From NCBI GenBank assembly GCA_964620555.1, contig CAZUGZ010000001.1, forward strand, positions 13,667-77,666: DNA of 64,000 nucleotides. The letters are read 5' to 3'. The notes beneath the pieces were generated by a model. The model worked only from the letters and a program-made list of their open reading frames with translations, was not told where the DNA came from and made no database searches. Shown here in pieces: positions 1-8,638 of this stretch (the stretch's first letter is position 1; every line of letters starts with the position of its first letter). The translations under genes and the position numbers were made by a program. Source of the DNA: an uncultured Alteromonadaceae bacterium. Its GTDB lineage: Bacteria; Pseudomonadota; Gammaproteobacteria; Pseudomonadales; Halieaceae.

Positions 1-1296
1 CGTGCTGACGTGGCTGGAGAAGAAATATTTCAGTTCATAGATGCCGCGCGGGGTGTGCAGGTACTTTTGGGTGGTCACTCGCGACACGGTGGATTCGTGC
101 ATTTCAATGGCTTCGGAGACGTCGCGCAAAACCAGGGGTTGCATGGCCGCGTCGCCGTACTCCAGGAAGCCCTGTTGCAGCTCAACGATTTTGCCGGCGA
201 CCTTGATCAGGGTTTCGTTGCGGCTCTGCAGGCTCTTCAGAAACCATCGTGCCTCCTGCAAGTTGTCGCGCAGGTAGGTATTTTCAGAACTGTTGTTGGC
301 GCGCTTCACCAGGCTGGCATAGTGGGAGTTGATGCGCAACTTTGGCGCCAGTTCCGGGTTCAGTTCCACGACCCAGTTGCCCTTCTCCTTGCGCACATAG
401 AGATCCGGGACTATGTATTCGGTGTGAGCGATTGCCAGGCTTTGGCCGGGATTGGGCGAAAGCTGCTGAATCAGTTCCAGGGCCGCCTGCAATTCCGCCT
501 CCCCGATCCTGGTACGGCGCATGATCTGAGCGTAATCGCGCGTGCCCAACAGGCCCATGTAGCGGTTGACCAGCAGTTTGGAGAGCGACAGCCAGGGCGT
601 GTCATCCGGCATTTGTTGCAGTTGTACCAGCAGGCATTCCCGCAGGTCATGGCAGCAGACTCCGATTGGATTGTACCGCTGCAGGCGGTGCAATACCGCC
701 ATCACTTCGTCCAGTTCAATGCCCAGTTCCGGATTGAAACTTTCCCAGATTTCCCGGGCCGGGAGAGACAGCCGCCCGTTATCGTCGGTGGCGTCAATAA
801 TGGCCAGCGCGATGGCGCGATCCAGATCGGAAAATCGAGTCAGATTCAGTTGCCAGAGCATGTGCTCACGCAGGGATTCCGGGTTGGGGAAGCGACCGTC
901 CAGATCCAGGTCCGGACCCGTGCCGCGACTCAGGCCCGGGTCATTGTAGGCACTGCTGGTCTGGCCGGAAGCGGCCGGTATCCGGTTTTCATCGTCCCAG
1001 GGCGCAGGGGTCGACGATTCGTCGGCAAAGTCATCCACCCATTCGGGGTCGCCGGCCTGGACTTCACTGGGGTTGTCGGCAGCGCTCTGTCGCAGCGGCT
1101 CACCACCGGGTTGGTCGTCTCCGGAGCTTTCTTCCGCGCCGTCGTCCTGAATCTCCAGCATCGGATTGTTGTCCAGGACCTGCTGTATTTCCTGTTGCAG
1201 ATCCAGGGTAGACAATTGCAACAGACGGATGGCTTGCTGCAACTGTGGCGTCATTGCCAACTGTTGGCTGAGCTTGAGCTGGAGGGTTTGCTTCAT
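1..1296 (-). CDS. rpoN: RNA polymerase sigma-54 factor RpoN, C-terminus cut by window edge
   Basis: Reverse-strand translation from ATG at 1296 gives MKQTLQLKLSQQLAMTPQLQQAIRLLQLSTLDLQQEIQQ..., the canonical sigma-54 N-terminus. The frame stays open to base 1 (...STVSRVTTQKYLHTPRGIYELKYFFSSHVST) and the RpoN box is not yet reached. It is absent from the ORF track because there is no stop in the window. It lies downstream of lptB, as in the conserved operon. Confidence 0.93.
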   Translation of the reverse strand, partial: MKQTLQLKLSQQLAMTPQLQQAIRLLQLSTLDLQQEIQQVLDNNPMLEIQDDGAEESSGDDQPGGEPLRQSAADNPSEVQAGDPEWVDDFADESSTPAPWDDENRIPAASGQTSSAYNDPGLSRGTGPDLDLDGRFPNPESLREHMLWQLNLTRFSDLDRAIALAIIDATDDNGRLSLPAREIWESFNPELGIELDEVMAVLHRLQRYNPIGVCCHDLRECLLVQLQQMPDDTPWLSLSKLLVNRYMGLLGTRDYAQIMRRTRIGEAELQAALELIQQLSPNPGQSLAIAHTEYIVPDLYVRKEKGNWVVELNPELAPKLRINSHYASLVKRANNSSENTYLRDNLQEARWFLKSLQSRNETLIKVAGKIVELQQGFLEYGDAAMQPLVLRDVSEAIEMHESTVSRVTTQKYLHTPRGIYELKYFFSSHVST

Positions 1297-1434
1297 TGAT
1301 GGACTGAGGCTTTGCACATGGCTCCGCAAGACGCTTTGACCCTGCGTTTCAGTGTAGTCCGGCCCCTCAACGGGTGCAACTGCGAGTGACCCGATATTGG
1401 CGAGAATTTGGCGTGTTACTTTGGCAGGCGCGGT

Positions 1435-2160
1435 CTAGAGACGGAAATTATCTCCCAGATAGGTGCTGCGGACTCGCTGGTTCGCGAGAATATCCTCGGC
1501 GCTGCCGGTGGCGATGATATTGCCCTCGCCGACGATATAGGCCCTCTCACAGATGTCCAGCGTATCCCGTACGTTGTGATCGGTAATGAGGATGCCGATG
1601 CCTCGCCGCTGCAAATGCGTGACCACCTGCTTGATATCGTTGACCGAGATGGGGTCCACTCCGGCAAAGGGCTCATCCAGTAGAATGAAATCCGGGTCGG
1701 TAGCCAGGGCACGGGCGATTTCAACCCGCCGCCGCTCGCCTCCGGACAGGCTGACGCCGGAATTATTGGCGATGTGGTCGATGTGAAATTCGGCCAGCAA
1801 TTGTTCCAGCTTCTGCCCCCGTTGGTGGCGATCGAGATCTTTGCGGGTTTGCAGTACCGCGAGGATATTGTCCCTGACCGACAGTTTGCGGAATATGGAC
1901 GCTTCCTGGGGCAGGTAACCGATACCCATTCTTGCGCGCTGCGACATGGGCAGCTCGGTCAGGTCCCGGCCATCGATTGCCACCGTGCCCCGGTCGGCGG
2001 CGACAATGCCGACGATCATGTAGAAACAGGTGGTTTTCCCGGCCCCGTTGGGGCCCAGCAGGCCGACGATCTGGCCACTTTCCACGCTGATGGAGACATC
2101 GATAACCACCTTGCGGCCCTGGTAGCTCTTGCCGAGGTGGGCTGCGCTGAGTTGACCCAT
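1435..2160 (-). CDS. lptB: LPS export ABC transporter ATP-binding protein LptB
   Basis: 241 aa. Walker [10 protein letters not shown], signature [15 protein letters not shown], Walker [13 protein letters not shown]. Positioned between lptA and rpoN. Confidence 0.95.
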   Translation of the reverse strand: MGQLSAAHLGKSYQGRKVVIDVSISVESGQIVGLLGPNGAGKTTCFYMIVGIVAADRGTVAIDGRDLTELPMSQRARMGIGYLPQEASIFRKLSVRDNILAVLQTRKDLDRHQRGQKLEQLLAEFHIDHIANNSGVSLSGGERRRVEIARALATDPDFILLDEPFAGVDPISVNDIKQVVTHLQRRGIGILITDHNVRDTLDICERAYIVGEGNIIATGSAEDILANQRVRSTYLGDNFRL

Positions 2161-2167
2161 GTGCCGG

Positions 2168-2707
2168 TCAATCCGCCTTGTCCAGTTCGAGTCTGCCGGG
2201 CGGTATCACCACCTTGACTCGACCCTGCGCCTCTCCGCTGACCGATTCGTCGGCAAGGGCCTTGACCAGTTCCCGGTTGATGAAGTATTCGATCGAGTCG
2301 GATTGTACCGTGGAGCCATCCTGTTCCAGTCTGGCCTGGTGGCTGATGTAGAGCCGCTCCTGTTCCTTGTAGTACTCGATGATCTTCCCTTCGGCGTGAA
2401 TGGGCTCGGTATCGGGCTGCCGCTGCATTTGCATGCGGGCCGGCTGGCCCTCGGCGACGATCTTGTCGGCCGGTGAGTCGAGGTGATAGAGGGTGACGAA
2501 GTCGGCGGCAATGCGAATGCTGCCCTGGCGAATCCTGACATTGCCACGGTAGCGGGTAACCCTGTTCTTTTCATCGCTGACCACTTCTTCCGACTCGATG
2601 TGAATCGGCTGCTCCTTGTCGTCGGGAAGAGCCAGGCCCGTCGTGCCAGGGACCAGCAGTCCCACGGCGAGCAGGCAGACCGGGAAAGTGCGCAACAAAC
2701 TGCTCAT
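2168..2707 (-). CDS. lptA: Periplasmic LPS transport protein LptA (OstA-like)
   Basis: 179 aa with a signal peptide ([16 protein letters not shown]). [12 protein letters not shown] and [22 protein letters not shown] match the LptA motifs DTDQPIHIESDQ and FTGNVIVTQGTIKINADKVVV of E. coli. ATGA overlap with the kdsC stop. Confidence 0.85.
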   Translation of the reverse strand: MSSLLRTFPVCLLAVGLLVPGTTGLALPDDKEQPIHIESEEVVSDEKNRVTRYRGNVRIRQGSIRIAADFVTLYHLDSPADKIVAEGQPARMQMQRQPDTEPIHAEGKIIEYYKEQERLYISHQARLEQDGSTVQSDSIEYFINRELVKALADESVSGEAQGRVKVVIPPGRLELDKAD

Positions 2708-3225
2708 GCCCGAAAGCTCTCCTGGATTACCTGCAGTTTCCCCTGGCAGTGCAGGATGAACTCACAAGCTTCGCGTACCGCACCCATGCCGCCCTGCGCC
2801 TGACTGACCCAGTCGGCGTGCCGGGCGACATAGCGGTCGGCATTGGCTACGGCCATGCCCAATCCGGCCCTTTCGATGGCGCCGAGATCCGGCAGGTCGT
2901 CTCCCAGATAGGCGATGTGGCGCAGTGGAATTCCCACGTTTTCAGCCAGTGAATTCAGCGCGTCCAGCTTGTCTTCACGATCCTGGATCACATGGGATAT
3001 CCCGAGTTCCCGGGCCCGCTGCTCGACCATGGGTGAACTGCGGCCGCTGATGATGGCGACTTCAATGCCCTGCTCGAACAGCAGTTTGATTCCCAGGCCG
3101 TCGCTACTGTGGAAGCTTTTCAACTGTTCGCCCCGCTGGTCATAAAACAGCAGACCGGTGGACAGCACGCCGTCGACATCCAGCACCAGCATGCGGATGG
3201 CTGCCGCCCGTTGTTCCGCGTTCAT
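2704..3225 (-). CDS. kdsC: KDO-8-phosphate phosphatase KdsC (HAD-IIIA)
   Basis: 173 aa. LVLDVDGVLSTG HAD motif I, ISGRSS, YLGDDLPDL. 4-nt overlap with the kdsD stop. Confidence 0.9.
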   Translation of the reverse strand: MNAEQRAAAIRMLVLDVDGVLSTGLLFYDQRGEQLKSFHSSDGLGIKLLFEQGIEVAIISGRSSPMVEQRARELGISHVIQDREDKLDALNSLAENVGIPLRHIAYLGDDLPDLGAIERAGLGMAVANADRYVARHADWVSQAQGGMGAVREACEFILHCQGKLQVIQESFRA

Positions 3226-4229
3226 GCGATCCCGGCTTTGAGCAGGTCGTGCAGATGGAGGGCGCCGACCGGCTGCTCACCGTCGGCCACCACCAGGGCC
3301 GAGATTTTGTGTTCGTCCATAATGTGCAAGGCCTCGGCAGCGAGGCTGTCCGCGGTGATGGTAATGCAGTTGCGGGTCATGAGCTGGTCGATGGGGGTCT
3401 GGTGAATGTCGATTTCGTCGTCCAGCGCACGGCGCAGGTCGCCATCGGTAAACACCCCCAGCAGTCTGCCCCGGTCATCGACGACGCTGGTCATGCCCAG
3501 CCCCTTGTTGCTGACCTCCAGCAAAGCCTTGTCCAGCGTCGCCCCGCTGACCACGGCGGGTAGCGCCGGCCCCCGATGCATGATGTCTTCGACCTTCAGC
3601 AGCAGGCGGCGACCGAGATTGCCGCCGGGGTGCGAAAAGGCGAAATCTTCCGCCGAAAAGCCACGAGCTTCCAGCAACGCGATGGCCAGCGCATCTCCCA
3701 CGACCAGGCACACGGTAGTGCTGGATGTTGGCGCCAGGTCCAGCGGACAGGCCTCGACGCTGACCCCGGTATCGAGGTTGACGTCAGCAGCCAGTGCCAG
3801 CACCGAATCGGCCTCCCCGGTCATGGTGATCAAGGGTACGGCCATACGTTTGAGCAGGGGCAACAGGGTGACGACTTCGTCGGTATTGCCGCTGTTGGAA
3901 AGAGCAATCACCGAGTCGTGCCTGGTGATCATGCCCAGGTCGCCGTGACTGGCCTCGGCCGGGTGGACAAACAGGGCAGGGGTGCCGGTGCTGGCCAGGG
4001 TGGAGGCGATCTTGCGGGCGATGTGTCCCGACTTCCCGATGCCGGATACCACCACCCGTCCCCGGGTGGCCATGAGAATCTCGCAGGCCCGGCTGAAGCC
4101 CTCGTCCATGCGTTCCAGCAGATCGGATATGGCGTCCCGCTCCATGCGAACGGTGCGCTGTGCAGAGCCCAGATAATCCGGATTTTCGACAATCGACACG
4201 GGTATTTTCCTGTCAGAAGCGGTCAGCAC
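3222..4229 (-). CDS. kdsD: Arabinose-5-phosphate isomerase KdsD (SIS + tandem CBS)
   Basis: 335 aa. SIS motif VVVSGIGKSGHIARKIASTLASTGTPALFVHPAEASHGDLGMI, with C-terminal CBS-like repeats. Confidence 0.9.
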   Translation of the reverse strand: MLTASDRKIPVSIVENPDYLGSAQRTVRMERDAISDLLERMDEGFSRACEILMATRGRVVVSGIGKSGHIARKIASTLASTGTPALFVHPAEASHGDLGMITRHDSVIALSNSGNTDEVVTLLPLLKRMAVPLITMTGEADSVLALAADVNLDTGVSVEACPLDLAPTSSTTVCLVVGDALAIALLEARGFSAEDFAFSHPGGNLGRRLLLKVEDIMHRGPALPAVVSGATLDKALLEVSNKGLGMTSVVDDRGRLLGVFTDGDLRRALDDEIDIHQTPIDQLMTRNCITITADSLAAEALHIMDEHKISALVVADGEQPVGALHLHDLLKAGIA

Positions 4230-4232
4230 CGT

Positions 4233-5213
4233 TCATACCGTGAGGTACAGCCAGTAATAATACAGCGCGAAGGTAACTAGTAACAGCGCACCAAGGCCGC
4301 GCCCGACATACATCTGGCGGGTGGAATTGCCAAGGGAAATCCGCAGCCGGCTCGCGTAGAGGGCCACGGCCAGCAGCAGGGTGATCCCCGTCATGCTGGA
4401 GTAATCCCGCAGCAGTACCAGGGAGTCCAGCACCTGGGTTTCGAACAACCCCGGCAGTGACATTACGCCCAGCAGGTTGAAGAGGTTGGAGCCCAGCACG
4501 TTGCCCAGCGCGATCTGGCCATGTCCCTTCAAGGCGCTGGCCACGGACGCCGCCAATTCGGGAAGGCTGGTGCCGATGGCGACGATGGTCAAACCGATTA
4601 CCAGGGGGCTGACTCCGAGCCCCACGGCGGCGGCGGCAGCCCCCCAGACCAACAATTTGGCACTGGCGCTGAGCAGGACCAGGCCAATCAGAAAACTGAC
4701 CCAGGCACGACCCAATGGCAGTTCGGGGAGTTGCTTCATATGGTCCGGCGTGGTTTCGTCGGGGCTGTTGACCTGGCTGTTGATCATCTCGATCAGGATA
4801 AACGTCAAGGCGGCCAGCATCAGCAGGCCGTCTACCGCACTCAGATCGCCATCCAGCATCAGCAGGCCGCAACCCAGAGTGACTGTCAGCAGGATGGGCA
4901 TTTCGCGTTTCAGCCGATTGGGGTGCACCGGCAGTGGAGCCACCAGCGCCGTCACGCCGAGGACCAGACCCAGGTTGGCCAGGTTGGAGCCAATGGCGTT
5001 GCCGATCGCCAAATCGCCGGTATCGGACAGGGCGGCGTTGATCGAAACCAGTACCTCCGGCGCCGAGGTACCCAGGGAAACAATGGTAAGACCGATCAAC
5101 AGGGGGGGCATACCCAGGTTGCCGGCCACCGAGGCTGCACCGGCAACGAACAGGTCCGCACTCCAGATTAATACGATAAAGCCCACCACAATGGCGACTG
5201 ACGCGATCAGCAT
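4233..5213 (-). CDS. yrbG: CaCA-family Na+/Ca2+ antiporter (YrbG-like)
   Basis: 326 aa polytopic protein with two alpha-repeats (GTSAPEVLVS and GTSLPELAASV). Sits next to kdsD, as in E. coli. Confidence 0.85.
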   Translation of the reverse strand: MLIASVAIVVGFIVLIWSADLFVAGAASVAGNLGMPPLLIGLTIVSLGTSAPEVLVSINAALSDTGDLAIGNAIGSNLANLGLVLGVTALVAPLPVHPNRLKREMPILLTVTLGCGLLMLDGDLSAVDGLLMLAALTFILIEMINSQVNSPDETTPDHMKQLPELPLGRAWVSFLIGLVLLSASAKLLVWGAAAAAVGLGVSPLVIGLTIVAIGTSLPELAASVASALKGHGQIALGNVLGSNLFNLLGVMSLPGLFETQVLDSLVLLRDYSSMTGITLLLAVALYASRLRISLGNSTRQMYVGRGLGALLLVTFALYYYWLYLTV

Positions 5214-5351
5214 GAAAGTTTCGATCCTGTTGGTTGCAAACCGACGGCTGCAGCCCGCGCGAAATGACTACGGCGACGATGGTGAAAGTCCGGGAGAAAC
5301 GATAGCATGATAACGGTCAGCTTTGGTACAGTTCGACCTGGGAGGTTGACC

Positions 5352-6038
5352 ATGGGATACCACCGAACTTTGCGCTGGGCCTGGTTGCTGGGAATGGGCC
5401 TGCTGGGCTCCACCTGGACGCTGGCGGAGCAGAAGCCGAACGACGCCTACCAACTGGTGGAGGATGCCACCGCCCGGGTCATGGCGGTGGTTGAATCGGC
5501 TTCGTCCGACAGCGAGGCACAACTGGAAAAATATTACGACGATTTACAGGCGGTTCTCGACGACGTGGTAGATTTTTCGGGTTTTGCCCGCGCCGTGATG
5601 GGTCCCTTTGCCAGCCGCGAATACTACCGGTCGCTGGATGCCGCCGGCAAGGCCAGGTTGCGTGCCCAGGTCGACAGCTTCACCGCCAAGATGCGTGTGG
5701 GCCTGGTGCGCACGTATGGCAAGGGTCTACTGGTATTTGGCGGCAGCCGCACCGAAATCCAGCGCCCGGAGGGGGCTGGTGCTGAGGGCAATCGGGCAAC
5801 CGTGCTCCAGTACATCTACAGCGACAACCCCCAGCCCTATGAGATCCGGTATCAGGCGCACCGCAACCGGAAGGGTCAATGGAAATTGCGCAACCTGATT
5901 GTCGAATCCATCAACCTGGGTCAGATTTATCGCAATCAGTTTCAGGCCGCCGCCCGCGACGCCGGAGGCGACCTGGACCAGGTAATAGACAATTGGGACA
6001 TCGTGGATGCCTCCCCTTCCACCCCGCCATCGGGTTAG
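5352..6038 (+). CDS. mlaC: MlaC/Ttg2D-family periplasmic phospholipid-binding protein
   Basis: Start chosen at the ATG preceded by GGGAGG. Signal peptide WAWLLGMGLLGSTWTLA. VDFSGFARAVMGPF...WKLRNLIVESINLGQIYRNQFQAAARD matches the MlaC pattern (W-K-hydrophobic-x-D/N-hydrophobic-x-V-E-G-hydrophobic-S/N-L...R.QF). Confidence 0.75.
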   Translation: MGYHRTLRWAWLLGMGLLGSTWTLAEQKPNDAYQLVEDATARVMAVVESASSDSEAQLEKYYDDLQAVLDDVVDFSGFARAVMGPFASREYYRSLDAAGKARLRAQVDSFTAKMRVGLVRTYGKGLLVFGGSRTEIQRPEGAGAEGNRATVLQYIYSDNPQPYEIRYQAHRNRKGQWKLRNLIVESINLGQIYRNQFQAAARDAGGDLDQVIDNWDIVDASPSTPPSG

Positions 6039-6172
6039 GGCCGAATGTGGGTGGCCCCCATTTCCTCGCCATCCCCGGCGCGGACGAAACAACTATCGAT
6101 AGCAACCGTGGTGACGGGGTACAGTAAAACACCCGGAACCGCGCCAGTGATCGAATACGGGAACGCGGTGGT

Positions 6173-6188
6173 GAACGCTGCGCAGCGT
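6173..6188. repeat. 16-nt palindromic motif GAACGCTGCGCAGCGT, copy 1
   Basis: Read directly. An identical 16-mer recurs at 6991-7006. The two copies bracket the vapBC module. Confidence 0.8.
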
Positions 6189-6198
6189 CTCCCGATTC

Positions 6199-6591
6199 TC
6201 AGTACCAATTCTCAACTCGCAAACCCTGTACGCGGTTAAACTCCCGGATATTATTCGTCACCAACGTCGCGTCGATGCTGCGAGCATGTGCCGCAATCAG
6301 CGTATCATTCGGCCCGATCGGTGTCCCTTTCCGTTGTAGTTCGGCCCTTAGCTTCCCATACTCCATAGCCGCCTTATCATCGAAAAACAGCACCGACACG
6401 CGCCGGGTGAAGTCGAGCGCGTTATCAAGATTCCTGAGACGATTCCCTGATTTTTCAACACCAAACATCAGTTCTGCCAGTGTAATCGACGAAATCGCCA
6501 GTTGTTGGAAATACCGGTTAAACGTTGCCTTCAATTCAACAGGATTCTCATTGATGACGTACACGCATATATCCGTATCAAGCATATACAT
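6199..6591 (-). CDS. vapC: PIN-domain toxin VapC
   Basis: 130 aa. MYMLDTDICVYVI (first acidic PIN residue), LAELMFG, PIGPNDTLIAAHARSIDATLVTNNIREF. 1-nt overlap with the upstream antitoxin. Confidence 0.9.
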   Translation of the reverse strand: MYMLDTDICVYVINENPVELKATFNRYFQQLAISSITLAELMFGVEKSGNRLRNLDNALDFTRRVSVLFFDDKAAMEYGKLRAELQRKGTPIGPNDTLIAAHARSIDATLVTNNIREFNRVQGLRVENWY

Positions 6592-6839
6592 CAGTCGAAG
6601 AATTCCCGTTTCTCATATTCCAACTCCTCGATATCCGGTATCCGTTCATCTACAGGTAGCGTCTCCCTCGCGAAAAAATCATCCCAACAATCTGTCCTGG
6701 GGCTGATAATCACATTGTCGCCAAGTTTCTGGATCATGACTTCATCGGCATCGAACCGGCATTCTGCCGGCAATCTCACAGCCTGGCTGCGACCATTCAT
6801 AAAGAGCTTGGCAACACTTGAAAATGCTTTTTCTGTCAT
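6591..6839 (-). CDS. vapB: VapB antitoxin (AbrB/SpoVT-type)
   Basis: KLFMNGRSQAVRLPAECRFDADEVMIQKLGDNVIISP is the typical VapB/AbrB fold signature. ATG at 6839 is preferred because GAGGTG lies 4 nt upstream. An alternative ATG is at 6851. Confidence 0.8.
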   Translation of the reverse strand: MTEKAFSSVAKLFMNGRSQAVRLPAECRFDADEVMIQKLGDNVIISPRTDCWDDFFARETLPVDERIPDIEELEYEKREFFD

Positions 6840-6940
6840 GTCACACCTCATTGTGAAAACAGGAATTTCGGGGCGAAAACAGTATAACCATGTTGCTGAT
6901 ATATATCAAATGGCATATCACAAAATGTCAATCCAATTTT

Positions 6941-6980
6941 AAAATGTCCCCTTTTCTCCCAGTTTAAAGTGTCCCCTTTT
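6941..6980. repeat. Two direct copies of A(A/G)TGTCCCCTTTT, 25 nt apart
   Basis: 6943-6955 is aatgtcccctttt and 6968-6980 is agtgtcccctttt. A weaker aaaatgtc lies at 6922-6929. Located in AT-rich DNA upstream of vapB. Confidence 0.6.
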
Positions 6981-6986
6981 GGCCTT

Positions 6987-7012
6987 CTTCGAACGCTGCG
7001 CAGCGTTCGAAG
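6987..7012. repeat. 26-nt perfect palindrome CTTCGAACGCTGCGCAGCGTTCGAAG containing 16-mer copy 2
   Basis: Read directly. Contains the same GAACGCTGCGCAGCGT as 6173-6188. Confidence 0.8.
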
Positions 7013-7214
7013 ATTTCGAGAGTCTTGTTCTTGGGTGTATGTGCCGGTGAAAAACCGCGATTAATTGCCGCTGTTCCTCTCCAGGCCGACAGGCTACCGT
7101 GCTGCGATAATGGCGTAATTGGTTGCTAACCCTGCCGTTGGATCGGACTGCCACTTTTGTGGCTGTGTGACATTTGTTCGCAAAAAGGGTATGGGGGGGG
7201 GTAGCCGAAGAGAC

Positions 7215-7385
7215 AGGCACAGCGCCAGCCAGGCAATGGAGTTGCTCTTGCCGCTGCCGGCCGAGTTCGAACAGTTTTTCCCGTGGATTGCGGTCCCGGC
7301 GGTATTGCGCGATTGCGTCGTCAACAGTCTGCTTGGTGAGGTTGTTCTTCAGTTCGAAGGTGATGACCGGCAGGCCGTTGATTTC
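7215..7385 (-). pseudogene. hsdR: Type I restriction enzyme R-subunit (HsdR) remnant, internally deleted and frameshifted
   Basis: One reverse frame reads EINGLPVITFELKNNLTKQTVDDAIAQYRRDRNPREKLFE (HsdR N-terminal nuclease-domain pattern). The +1 frame continues directly with NSAGSGKSNSIAWLA (helicase Walker A of this HsdR family). Homology stops after that. Confidence 0.6.
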
Positions 7386-7612
7386 GCTGAAAGCAATATG
7401 ACAATGCCGAGTTTTTTGCCCGAGATATTCTGTTGATGTCTCAGGCTCTGGTCGGTAGTAACGAGTACCTGATACCCCTCCATCTCAGCCAGATCGAGCA
7501 ACTCGCCGTTACTCTTTTCCGACCAACCTTTTTCCGCGAGCGTATCCACGGAGTGCGTTGGGAGGTGATTCCGGAGAGGGGCTGGCGTGCCCTGGTCAAA
7601 TAGCAGCCTCAA
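7349..7612 (-). CDS. DUF5615-like (PIN/Mut7-C-like) putative toxin, 3' end probably replaced at a deletion junction
   Basis: 87 aa. MRLLFDQGTPAPLRNHL...YQVLVTTDQSL fits the DUF5615 pattern. The tail (LLSAKSTACRSSPSN) runs into the hsdR remnant in another frame. 4-nt overlap with the DUF433 gene. Confidence 0.55.
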   Translation of the reverse strand: MRLLFDQGTPAPLRNHLPTHSVDTLAEKGWSEKSNGELLDLAEMEGYQVLVTTDQSLRHQQNISGKKLGIVILLSAKSTACRSSPSN

Positions 7613-7836
7613 CGTGCCAGAGCCGTTCTAAGCGCACGGGCCTCGTATTCAAGTACAGCGCGAACCTGCTTTTCATCTACGCCCGGGAACCACTCAACGA
7701 ACTCCTCGACCGTGGCGCCACTGGCGAGGTTCTCATAAAGGGCATACAACGGAATACGTGTGCCCGCAAAAACCCAGGCGCCACTGACTTTCCCCGGCTT
7801 TCGTTCCACCGCCGAGCAGGTGTCCCAGTTTGTCAT
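7609..7836 (-). CDS. DUF433-family putative antitoxin
   Basis: 75 aa. GKVSGAWVFAGTRIPLYALYENLASGATVEEFVEWFPGVDEKQVRAVLEY matches the DUF433 consensus (G.p.i.GTRIpv..i...l..G.s.eEi...yP.l....i.aal.y). Confidence 0.75.
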   Translation of the reverse strand: MTNWDTCSAVERKPGKVSGAWVFAGTRIPLYALYENLASGATVEEFVEWFPGVDEKQVRAVLEYEARALRTALAR

Positions 7837-8270
7837 TGGTTCGCCTCCCCGGCGCTGCCGAATTTGACCTTTGGGGCTTTCGACTCAGCCTGCATTATAT
7901 CGGTTTCGTCGACGGAACTGGATAGGTCTCCGTTCGGCAGTGTTTTGGCCGCCTCGCGGACATCGAGCTTGCCGGTGACGACATCGGCGATGAGACGGGT
8001 GCGGTATTCGCGGATAAGATTGATCTCACGTTGGCACCCATCAATCATCGTATCCACATCAGTTTTAACCTTGTCCAGAAAACGGACGATTACCGCTTGC
8101 TCATCGACAGGTGGTAATGGTACCCGAAAGGTCTTGAGCACTTCAGCGTTGATGTTGGGCTGACCTCCGCCAAAGCTACGACCTGTCAACTCCTGTCGAG
8201 CGGAGATAATTGCTGCCTGACAGAACATGGTATTTACTTTTTGCTGATTTCGCTGAACAGCCGGTATCAA
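7833..8270 (-). pseudogene. hsdS: C-terminal fragment of type I R-M specificity subunit (HsdS)
   Basis: GGGQPNINAEVLKTFRVPLPPVDEQAVIVRFLD...INLIREYRTRLIADVVTGKLDVRE is the end of a target-recognition domain plus the conserved C-terminal helix of HsdS. No N-terminal TRD, hsdM or intact hsdR is present. Confidence 0.7.
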
Positions 8271-8388
8271 GAAGTTTCGCGAGCATTATGCTGGTCACGA
8301 AAAGCAATATGCCTTGATCGGCGGCGCTGCGGCTCGCCTTTGGGGGAAATTTCTCCTAGAATGTGCGGCTTTTTGCGGCGGAGCGGCA

Positions 8389-8634
8389 ATGCAACCGGAG
8401 CAACTTCAGGTTTTGCTGGCAGAGCAGTTCCCGGGCTGTGAGGTCAGGGTTTCCGCCGTGGACAATCACTTTGACGTACTGGTGGTCGGTGAAGTCTTCG
8501 CCGGGCTCAGGCCGGTCAAGAGGCAACAACTGGTCTATGCCGTGCTGGGCGAATACATCGCCGACGGCAGTATCCATGCGGTGCAGATCCATGCCGTCAC
8601 TCCGGCGGAGTGGTCGGCCCGCCAGGAGGGCTAG
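8389..8634 (+). CDS. ibaG: BolA-family protein IbaG
   Basis: 81 aa. HFDVLVVGEVFAGLRPVKRQQLVYAVLGEYIADGSIHAVQIHAVTPAEW closely parallels E. coli IbaG ([49 protein letters not shown]). Confidence 0.9.
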   Translation: MQPEQLQVLLAEQFPGCEVRVSAVDNHFDVLVVGEVFAGLRPVKRQQLVYAVLGEYIADGSIHAVQIHAVTPAEWSARQEG

Positions 8635-8638
8635 CACT

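Noticed and set aside
10-1299. 429-aa plus-strand ORF covering the first 1.3 kb
   Set aside because: It is antisense to an unmistakable rpoN reading frame. The composition is low-complexity (Q/L/G/V-rich) with no recognisable motifs, a typical high-GC shadow ORF.
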